DNA from: Balanoglossus misakiensis
Lineage: Eukaryota; Animalia; Hemichordata
DNA: 64,000 bases
Direction: 5' to 3'
Assembly (NCBI GenBank): GCA_040954595.2
Contig: CM082582.2
Location: 11,714,415-11,778,414, forward strand
Position 1 is the stretch's first letter. Each line of letters begins with the position of its first letter. This document shows positions 1 through 20,800 of this stretch, one piece after another. The translations under genes and the position numbers were made by a program. Below the pieces are notes generated by a model that ran no database searches, was not told the DNA's origin, and saw nothing but the letters and a program-made list of their open reading frames with translations.

Positions 1-273
1 GAAATAACTGGTCCATCAGGGCCAAGGACGCGTCTCCAATCTTCATTTAGGTTTCCTCTGTGAACAGTTTTGCTTTTTATTTGTACAGATAGCGCGCACT
101 CAGGATAAAACCTCTTCAAGATTTTCACGTTCTTCAAGGAACCCAATACACATGCAGTTATCCTCATTCCAATATTTCTGCATTAGGGATTGGGGATTGG
201 AGCATAGGGACAAAGGTATCTTGTGGGGGAGGTAGTCGTCGCAGGATAAATGAAATATGACTAATGCACTTAC

Positions 274-10085
<9,812 letters not shown>

Positions 10086-10723
10086 GTTTGAAAGAAAATA
10101 ATATGTTTAATATTTCTAGGTCAATCGTTCAATTGACCTGTCTGTCGAGTATATGATTGGCTTCAAAGCAAGTTGAAAGGTTATATTAAGGTCACTGATT
10201 GGCGGACCGTTCCAGCCTTTAAAAGTTATTAATCATTGTAGTTCAGGATTTCGGGAAATTATTCGAATCCAATTGAATTCATTTGCATTTTGAGGAAATT
10301 GTACTTATGGTCGCTTAGTATATTTTTGTGAAAAATGCCAAATACTTATGATATCCCGAATGACTAAGAATGAATAAACCAATAAGATAGCTCCACACAA
10401 ACGTGTCACAACAGGGAAAGCTGCATCTCATTTAAATATTTAATGCTGATAGCGGCGTCCCCGGCGAAACATGTTCGGGCAAGCACGGACATGCTGCTAT
10501 TTTTAGACAGTTGGTGGCTACGTCACTTAATCTATAGTATTATAATGAGGAAATTACAAATTCGGCCAATAAAAAGCTCGCGTTGCCGGCTCTGCGCTAC
10601 TGAATGCATAATAAGCAAAACAAGTTCATTCATGGTAATCGACATCGGAGCATGAATCGTAGAAATGTCCCGGCGTTTTTCTACAATGTTACGCCGGGAC
10701 CCTGTCGCAATATTTAGTAGAAC
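10086..10723. promoter_or_regulatory. Probable bidirectional promoter shared by GMDS and the SAM-protease gene
   Basis: Only 638 bp separate the two divergent ATGs. Inverted CCAAT boxes (ATTGG at 10156-10160 and 10198-10202), further CCAAT words near 10379 and 10566, an octamer ATTTGCAT at 10281-10288, and CpG retained relative to the GMDS gene body. Confidence 0.55.
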
Positions 10724-12899
10724 ATGGACGAAGACGTCGACGATAGCGCTATTGCCTGTTTTCTGGAGCCGTTGGATTTGATGCAATATGCAGACATTTT
10801 CCAAACCAAGGGTTACGATAAGGAGATCGATTTCTGCAACTTGACCGATCACGACCTGGATGATCTAGGCGTCGTTGACGACGATCACAGAGGGATGATC
10901 CTCGATGCAGGTGAGTCAGTCAACCTTGACATTATTTTTCGTTTTATTCTCTGATTTTTGATATTCTTGGGGATTTTTATGAGGTGCCAGTAGCTCGAAA
11001 TTAAGCTCACAACGGCGCGGCGTCGCGCCACTGTCAGCGACGCTGACGATAGTACGGGGAATCCCCAACGTGGAACAATGACTTTGCGTGCGCATATTAT
11101 GCCGGGACCTTCGTCCACGGTCAAGCCTGCTGTGTGATAATGCTAGGGTGTTGCTATACTTTTTTTTCATATTTTGGTTTTATAAGTGTTAATAAAGCTG
11201 CTGCAAACTTTTCAAATTCATGCTGTCTGCGTTAAAAATAAGTGGATACTTTAATTCACATTTCAAGGCAATTAGGCCTGATTTAATTGCCCGTTAAAAT
11301 TTCGAAAGAATAAATGTTTCGTTTTAATTTCCCATAATCACATGGGTAATCACCTGTTAAGAGTGGTTTCGGTGTTTACCAGCCCCTGTCCAGTGGCGGG
11401 TGGTCGTGTGGGTGGGTGCGACTGGGGGGTTCCCAGTTTATCTGAGCCACACGTCACCGCGCTAAGGTCAAGAAGTACCAGTCTAAGGTCAAGAAGTACC
11501 AGTCTGACGACATCTTTGTATTACAGTTCATGATTCACCCTTTTCCCCCATTCCCCCAAATTTTCTTTGTAAGAGAGTTTCAGAATCAGTCCCACCGAAA
11601 CTTTGGGGGAACCACAAATAATTATTTTCACTATCTGTTCCAATAATACTCAATGGCATCAACTATATTCTGAAATGTCCCCTTTCTTTTCATTAGTCAC
11701 TCGAAACCTATCGTATTTTGCGATAATTCATCTTAAGTACGTTTTTATTTGTGAGTCATGCTCGATTCTCTATTGTTTTCTTGAAGCTGAACACTACGAA
11801 GTATCCGACCAGTACAAACTTTACCAATTCTTAAAGGAATATGAATTAGAGTATTACTATAAGCACTTTATCAACTGTGATTACACCAGTATTGACTGCA
11901 TATCGCGAATGGACGTCGATGAAGAAAGCTTAGACGATCTGGAAATCACACTGCCCGGACACAAAAGACGACTGCAAGTGGCCGGTAAATATGAGTCTTT
12001 GTTTCCGATAGAGTTTCCGTTCCTATTGTGTCCTTTCATACAATTTTTTCATTGATATAAAATTGACGATATAGGCCTATGTCACGCTCAGACTTGTTCC
12101 GCCAGAGCTTTTGTGAACGGGTGTACGGTCGCCCGTATACTTCCGTTAGCGGGAACCGATTACGACACTGCGCGTGCGACCACTGTGCACTCTCACTGAT
12201 TTGTGTACAAATACAATCATCTATATAATTATCTATTATAATAGACAGGCAGCCTATCTGACATGAACGCCACGCTTCGGAAAGAAACAATGAAATTAAA
12301 TACATTTTCACACACGCCTGGCCATTTAAATTTCATTCTTTTATTGTCTACATCCCTCTTTTCGCAGTTGCAAGTCTCCGGAAGAGACGCCGGACGAGCG
12401 AGCTGGAACCGGAATCGCCAGTTGCCATTGGTTACTGGGGAAGGCCGTCAGCCCTGGTTGACGCAAAATATGACTTTCTTTGTTTACATTCGACGATAAA
12501 GTCCACCAAGCCGGACAAACCCACTTTTGAACTCGGTAAGACAATGTCAGATTTAGACTAGGACAATTTTATACGTGTAAGGAGTTGTATACAGCAATGG
12601 TTTACATGGAAACTTGTAATCTAAGTCTGGAAAATTTGATGTTAACACTTGTTTTTCTTTTCTTTTATCGAAATAGAATTTATGGTGGATTCCGGAAGTG
12701 ATGTAGTAACCGTTCGACAAAATATTTTGGACCAGTTAGATTTGGACCTGATTGGCACGATACAGAGCAGAGGTGTCCACGCTACCGTGGAAAAGCAGTT
12801 GTACAGGGCTGTGCTTGGAATTGGCAAGTTTAACGTTGAAATCGAGGTAAATGAACATGTAGTACAAAATGATGATGATGATGATGTTGATGATGATGT

Positions 12900-12976
<77 letters not shown>

Positions 12977-13358
12977 CCTAATTTGACTCTGTGTATTACA
13001 TTTCTTTCTCGTCCAGGTGATGTCGGAATCTTACAATTCCATCGGTAACCGAGTTCTGAGTCACTTCCGCCACTTCATCACCCCAAACCGCCACATCTGG
13101 CTTCAGCCCGAGGGCCACGACATCAGCGCGTCATCCCTCAGTTCCCTCGGCGAGTTGTCGCCCTCTGCGGCTGGTACGACAACCCCGGCAGCGGTGACGT
13201 CACCAGGAAGCCGCGAGGAAACCGAGCCACCAGCGGCGACCCAAAGCGAAATCGGCGAAACAGCCGTTGCGACCGAGGAAACAAGTGGGGCCGGGGAACA
13301 CGAGAAAAAGACAAGCACCCCGGTGACCAGCCAACGAAAGCACAAAGACACTGCTTGA
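10724..13358 (+). CDS. Uncharacterised protein: tandem SAM domains + retropepsin-like (clan AA) aspartyl protease + S/T/E-rich disordered tail, 354 aa
   Basis: Five phase-consistent GT-AG exons: 10724-10910, 11787-11984, 12368-12535, 12677-12846, 13017-13358 (1065 nt). An in-frame TAG lies two codons upstream of the ATG. SAM1: FLEPLDLMQYADIFQTKGYD...LTDHDLDDLGVVDDDHRGMIL. SAM2: FLKEYELEYYYKHFINCDY...LDDLEITLPGHKRRL. Protease: FMVDSGSDVVTV ... SIGNRVLSHF. Confidence 0.85.
11462..11505. repeat. 21-bp perfect tandem duplication (CTAAGGTCAAGAAGTACCAGT x2) in intron 1 of the SAM-protease gene
   Basis: Read directly from the sequence. Confidence 0.9.
12871..12975. repeat. (GAT)n trinucleotide repeat, 35 triplets with two GTT interruptions, intronic
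   Basis: Lies between the donor GTAAAT at 12847 and the acceptor CCAG ending at 13016. Confidence 0.96.
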
Positions 13359-16300
13359 AAATCGTGATACTTTGCTAACAAAATTATTTAATTTGTAAAT
13401 AATGTACATACTATACATTTTCCTAAAACAGAAGAATTTTACTTTTATTTATAAAGTTGACTGGAACGAGTTCACCGACAATTGCACAAAAATGTATATT
13501 TGATACGGGGATTCTATTAAGAAATTCATCGTTTTTTGAGAAAACACCAGAATATTTTGATATTTTTTAAATTTTACCAAGAGCCTTAACATTTTAGAGA
13601 AAAATCATGAAACTTAAATTTTATCTTGTTTTAAGAGAATTTCTTAAAATGAACTTCACTGCCGTTTTTCTGGGAAAAATCATGGATATTAATATTTTTT
13701 ATTCTTATTAATGGAGAAATTTTCATTTTTGCCGCCATCTCAGGAATAAACTTTAAATTTCATAAAAACCATTGTGATGACTTTTTCTCTCTATATAACG
13801 AATGCACCAGGCGCTTCAACTTGACAATCAACATGCGAGAACGTGATGACAGTGCCATTTGGAATTTCAAGGGTCTTGCATAGAATGCAAATGTGGGCGT
13901 TGGCCACTGTGATTGCCTACTGCAGGTGAATAACATATGGGCGAAAGTGGCCTGCTGCAACACAACGTTTTCCTTTGTCAGGCCGAATGTTGAGAATCGG
14001 CCCAATTGTCTTTCGACCTATGACCATTGGTATTTTACAAAAGCTCGCGGATATATAACAAACCCCCGGAACATGGTAATTGCACCCATTCTATTGAAAA
14101 CTAATTAGCGTGACGCGGTGCCTTTCTTCTCTGCGCGGCTGGAGTTCAGTGTTTATCCTATCGAGGGAAAGTCTTCTACGCAAAGCTTTCAAAAACATAT
14201 GTAACCGCGTCACACACACGTAGGAATGGTAACAATCAAGAGATTGTTGCTTTAAAAATATGAAACTCCTCTAGGAAAAATGTGAACATCAGATTGAAAC
14301 CGTGACTTCTATTACTATCTGCTATCACTGCAAATACAGTGTGAACCTTTCTGATTTGCAAAATTATTAATATACCAGTAAGCGAAACCTAATTTTCGTA
14401 TATTGGTCACAATGACATGAGATGGGCAATAAAATACAAATTTGTGTATATACATGTTTTTCCATATGGACCCAACCACAACGGGCGAAACATCTGAGAG
14501 AACGAAAGAAAACTTGACACGTATGCAAACTCAAGGGACAAACCATGTCCGTGTGCATGGAAAGACACCTGTTCAGAAGCCATTTACATGATGCAGTTCG
14601 CGCCCAGAGCTGGATATGGCATGACAGGCAGATTGAAGGGGAGGTGTGCGGACGGTTTCCCTGGGCCAATATTAGCGGATACCTGAATGCCGAGTCATTT
14701 AGGTTGTTATACATTTATGTCCATGGTGTCATATAACGCATCCATGGATTATTTTGACGGAGCTATTCAACCAACAGCACAGGCAACTGTGCATTCCCTG
14801 TACATACAAAAGTTTGCGAACCCCACCCTTCTGCGTTTACTCACCGAAACTCTGACCTTTAGCATGTTGAGAGAATCTTCGGGCAGTTTTTCCATTTTGG
14901 CGACAGAAGTATTCCAGTCCCGATCCGAATTGTGGGTTATTCCTTTCTTGATACTGCGCTCGAAGTGCTACATGTACTTATGTAATTCGTCAACAAACCA
15001 CAACACTGTACAGGTATTTAAATACGACGACGCGCCTGTCACGTGATTGTGCTAGCGTAAAATGGCGGACAACGGATCACCCCCCCCCCCCCATCCCACA
15101 GCTGTTTTAGGGGTCGCGCACAGCCTTTATATTTTTCGATTTTTTTTGCGTACACGGCTGGTATGACGACGGCAGAAAAGGGTCAGCAGTGTCAATGGAC
15201 GTACAATAGATGTAAATTACCGCCATCAATTACAAGACACATATGTGCAGACAATTCTTTGTCTGTGATAATATTTCGTTCCCAATTTACTATCTTCCAT
15301 CTCAGGTTATTGTAGTAACACGAGTTATATGTGACGCTTCCCCTTAGAAAATTATTCCATCGAAATCCAGATTTATAGTACATGTAACTAAGTTCCAATT
15401 TGAGACAAAAAGCAATAAGCTTACACATGGCAACGTTTTATCTCGTTGTAGTCGCAATTGTCCGAGGTTTTACCAACAATCACAGGAAAACCTTTTAAAT
15501 CTGTTTAATTTTTAAAATGTAATAAAATACGGTGTAGGCCTGAACAGTTTCGCTCCGGAATATTGTTTTGAAATGCTCCCAAACATCGCGTTGATACTTA
15601 AGATAATATCATTTTACAAAAGACTGAAGGAAGCGCAACAAGCAATGATCATTGATAAAGGCACCGCGATAAAGCAATCCATTGTCGTTGATGGACATTA
15701 AAAGAGATTAAGACATTTGTGTCCTTTTATTCAATATCAGATTTTGATTACTGTGTACATTATATTTTACGATGAGCACAGCTGACGCGTTAAGCTGCAA
15801 CCGGTTAAAGTGATGCGCATCTGACACGACATTTCTACCTTTTTCGCCACGTTTTTTCAAACGCCGTGCACGGCTAAATTTCGTCTAATGTCCAGTGGAA
15901 CGTCAACGCAATAGTTAATGAAAATAAAGTGGAAATGAATCTGTCGACGTCACAACATTGCTTTATATAATTTGGGTTATGTAAGTAAAATATCGCATGT
16001 AGTGATCATGTATAGCATATCAAACCTGTGAGTAAATCGTTCGATTGATATCTTTAAGCTTTAGAGATACGCGAAAAATCGATACACATCAAGTTCCAGG
16101 TTCCCCCCTTTAATGTTAGTTGCAGCAAACTTTGCGATACCGTCCACTATGCGGCAAAATCTTTCCTGGTTTAATTGATTGAGAAATAAAAGGAAAGTGA
16201 CCGCGAAACTCCCATGAATATATTAACTCTCATAACTCGGTGTTACGGGGGGTTGGGCACAAAATTGACCGTTCACAGAACATTGTTGTAGCCTCGGTGC

Positions 16301-17803
16301 CATTAAAAATTCTGTTTAAAATGACACGTTTTGAGGAAGCAAAAGATATGTGTAAAACAAATTTACCCAATAATAGAGACGAATTTAAATCGATGAAACC
16401 ACAGCCATGTCGGCGTGTCTGGTGACATCAAACAAGCCGAAGTCCAACTGTGATTTCACCAGAACCGAATAGTAACCTCGAAAAACAAACTTTAAAAAAA
16501 TGAATAAGAATTTCTCACCGCCAATTTTGTTACCAGTGCCGGTTCCATCGCCATTACGATGCCTCAGTAATCTTCAGAAAAAGCTGTAATATTTATTCTC
16601 CAAATTTCAGAGCCTATCCTCCACGTATACTGCCAGGCAAATACCAGTGTACAAGCTGCGGTGTGCTCGCGGAAACGACTATCACCTTAATGACGTGCCG
16701 CGTCATAATCTCTCTAACAGGCGCGGCGTGGACATGTTACCTGCACGCGAGCAATCCATGGCAACTGCGGAGTGTTTCTGATCATGACTGCCTAATACAC
16801 TTTTGATAAACAGCGGGACAAGTTCTCTCAGCCAGATTTATGCGTAATTTAATCCAAATAACATTCCGTCTTGATTTCAATAGTGATCGTTTTGACTTTC
16901 GGGAAAGGTAGTGTACAATAATATCGATTCCATATTAAAAGCCGTCACAAACAGAGAAAAAATAACTTGAAAGCTTGAAACCTGTCAATCATTATATAAA
17001 ATACCATCGTAAATGCATGGATTAAATTGATATCTGTCTACAACTGAACAGAAATATGTATACGCCAGTATGAAATACAATGCGTTTCCAAGCGCACTCA
17101 AAACTATATCAGATACACGTGTGTTATAGCAAACAGATATATGCAATAAGGCTGTGTGAAAATCACAACAGCCACTTTCACTACTATTAAAAGTGTTATA
17201 GCTTCTTTTGGATACAATATTATCAAATCTATTTAAACTGTATACATAAATGTAAATGTTAGTAAATGAGTACTGAGTTCTCTAATCCGAACATTAAAAT
17301 TTTGGCACCATCTTACCAATCAATATACATGTCACAAAACAAAGGAGCATTGGTGGTCCACTTATTGGCCTGTGGTGGCGCTATTTTTTTCAAAAGTAAA
17401 CGTTTTGCTCTGATCATGCAATTTATCATCAGCTACCGATTTATGTTTAATCACTCATCTTGAATAGAGCATGTTTGTCAAATCAAAATTATTAAACTAA
17501 CTTAAAAGGAAACCACTCTATTCTGATTACAGAAACTTTAATTTGCACCCAATAAGATTTTTAAAAAGCTCAACTACCACCGATTCAAAATTGTTTGAAA
17601 CACCTTCAAGTTGGACTGACAACCCAGTAAAAGATTATCATTTGGTACCTTTTACATAGCTAAATTTTGCAATTTAGCTCTGATTATCCACCGGGTAAGT
17701 CATGACTGTTGCCCCCCCCCCCCCCGTCCTATATAATACATGCATTCGAAATAACAACAGACAGTTGATGACGTCACTGCCGTCATCTCACCGACCACCA
17801 ACT

Positions 17804-20800
17804 TTAACGACCTCTTTGTCCGCGACCCCTTCGGTTGCGACGCCCGCCGCCTCGGCCTCTCGGAGTGCCACCAGGGCCTTCGTTAGCACTTCCGGTAGTT
17901 CTAGTACCGGAACCGGAACCGGAACCGCCACCTCTGTTACCACCTCCTCTGTTACCTCTGTTACCTCGACCAGCACCACCACGACCCCTTGACCCAGAAC
18001 CGCCGCCACCGCCTCCTCCACGGCCGCCACCATGCTGCCAGCCACCACGACCCCCACGACTGTTACCCCTGGTAGTAGTGGCACCTCCGTAAACTTCTCC
18101 GAATTCGGGCCGCTGCGAATATGTCCAGTGATCGCCAGCTGTTCCTGCAGCGCCACCGTACGCGTTGAAATTTGCAGGATTCGGTGCCACGTTTGGGGGA
18201 TATCCTTGTCGGTAACCCTAGTAAAAGAAACGTTGAATGATATAACTCGACCTGTTGCGGAAACACCTAATTCACATATATGGTTGTACAAAAAAATCAG
18301 TCCATAGCATTGAAAAAGATACCAATTTTTTCGTCATTTAAAAAAAATGTAGGTGTTTGTTCATAAATCTTCAGTATAGGCCTATTCGGAGACTTCCCCT
18401 ATTTTGTGAAATTACCTTAGTTCGTTTCTTGTTGCCTTGTGAGGAAGGTACTGGTTGTATACTTCCCTGTTGCCCAACCTGTAATTAGGAAGGAAAATAT
18501 CCAATTTGGTTTAACGTCTGCCGGAATTTCAATTTTTTATCACATGCACAGATCCACTTATTACCCGTGTATAGCATCGAATTGGTAATATGGGACAAAA
18601 CGTGTTGCTATGACCATGGCGTCACCAGTCGGTACTGCTTTCAACTTGTAAATAAACTTTTCGGTAGGCAAACTAGAATATAAGTTGTCAGTTTTCTCCG
18701 ATGGAAATATGGGCAAACCATTTACCTTGGTTTTCGTGTTGTACCCTCTGAAGGATAGTTGGTTCCAATCAGCATTATTTTGTTGTGGTAATGTCCTCTC
18801 AGCCTCCTAGTTAAAAAAATAATTAATTGACACAATTGAGAGTTTTGACCTCACAAAAAGGTTGCACTAAATGTTTGAACTAAAAGTGTGTGTTCAATTT
18901 AATTAAAACCAGTGTTTGATGATGGGTAACTTACCAATCTGATGTCCTCTGGAATTCTCCACACGAAGTCCCTCCTTTCAGTCTGCTCCACAATTGAGGG
19001 ACACTGGTCACACGTGGGTCCACGGTTGTGCTGTTCGTGGTTGGCAGTGCTCTGCCCACCCGTCTGCACCGTGTGGCAAAACACGTGACCGTTGGAACAA
19101 CTGTACCACTCGTCCTTTCCAAAGGTCCTAAAGTTGCCAATCGTAGCAGGATTGAGGTCGGGAGGGTTGGCCAGCTTGGAAACTATGTTCGGGTACAGAT
19201 GCTTGAAGGTCGATAGAGTATTTGACAGTGTCTGAAGGGAAGGGGTTTCTGTCAAAACACCGAGTGCCAATTCGTGAACACTTCGCACTCGGCGCCCTTC
19301 CTTAGACATCTGGGAGAAGGAATGACATTCCTGCAGCCGATATATCACAACCAGAGCGCAACTTTGGAGCATAATACTGCGATGTCTCTCCTTTTCTTCG
19401 CCGTGGAGAGAGTCATATTGACAGGTTGCCACTTCGACCATTCTCTCTTCATTTAGGATTTGTAACGACCTTGCCTTCTCAGCTGTCACCTCTGAAATCT
19501 CGTAGTCAAGCGAGGGTTTTGTGTGAGTATTGCCACAGGACTCGAGTGTGGAAATGACCCTTTCTGTCCACACTTTTGCAGATAAAAGCTGTCCATAGCT
19601 TCTAATGTTATTCTCAATCGGCACCAGTTCATGTAAGGACGATGCCGACCGAATCGCCTCTTCAAACAGGTGTTGATGATGAAAAGGCACCGTCGTTAAA
19701 ACGAGCTTCTTAAGATGTTCTCTGGAGGAGCTTTCAAATGCAAACTTCTCGGGAACAATATTCATATGCTCAATTGTAGCGAGTACATATTTGGTTACTG
19801 TGTTGTAACGATTACAACCAGTTATAGTCGTGTAGCAACTGGGGCATGCTTTCATAACAAGTGGTCGGGCACTAGTTGTTGATGTGATTCCATGCATCCA
19901 TCGATCCAGGTCACGAACTTCAAATACATCACCGCATGCAAGTTGAATAAAGCTACTTTGGGCGGAGTATTTTCTACCAAAGAAAGCAGCAGATGCTTCT
20001 AGTTTCCGTCGGTCACAAGCTCTGCACAGCCGTGGACACATTTCTCCACATAAACCAACGCAGTTGTGACCACACTTTAGCTTCAGCGGACATGGGTAGT
20101 TGCAAGGTGGTCTTTCACAAGGCTCCCAACATTTCCTTGTGCACTGATGGTGTACGCATCGCCACGTACACTGCATGTTGCATCTTCTTCCCTGTGTCCT
20201 GTGTCCACAAGGATACGGGTGTTTTATCGTGCAGATACTGCAGGTTTCGTAACACTTGTTCAGGCATGGATGGCCACATAGAAGTATGCGATCACACTTT
20301 TCATTGCATAGATTGTGGCGGCCATTGCAAGTGCCGCATGTACCACTGCATCTGTGTCCACATTGGAGAACAGCACCACACTTGTTAGGACAGAACAACA
20401 TATTTTCACAGCATCTCATGCCAAGGACATGGCCGCAATCCTTATACGTTCTTCGAACAGTGGCCAAGCAGATGTCACTACATTCTTCACAACACAGCTT
20501 TGTGCATTTATGTCCACAATGTAGTGGTCTGTTGCATTGTAGCTTGCAGTCTGCGTGCGTTCCAGTCTTCAAGCAAACACCACATTTACCAGCGCATGTG
20601 TGTCCGCACTCCAATTTTATACCACAGACCTGTTCACAGCTCTCTGCAGTGAGGAAACAGTGACCTTTCACCTTGTGACCACATGGCCAATCCTCGTGAA
20701 GGACCATTACTTTGCACTGTTGCTCACACCGATCACCACATTTATTTGGACAAACATGATTACACCCAAGCCGTTTCTCACATGGACGTTTGCACACGAA

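Noticed and set aside
12649-12981. Stand-alone poly-Asp protein or retrotransposon protease relic
   Set aside because: The poly-Asp is an intronic GAT repeat. The DSG exon is bounded by good splice sites, and no LTR, gag, RT or integrase sequence is evident.
17702-18307. Overlapping Val/Glu-rich, Thr/Ser-rich and Pro-rich ORFs (17788-18291, 17702-17992, 17835-18092, 18032-18307)
   Set aside because: Alternative-frame and antisense shadows of the GC-rich RGG exon. Only the RGG frame is in phase with the upstream ZNFX1 exons.
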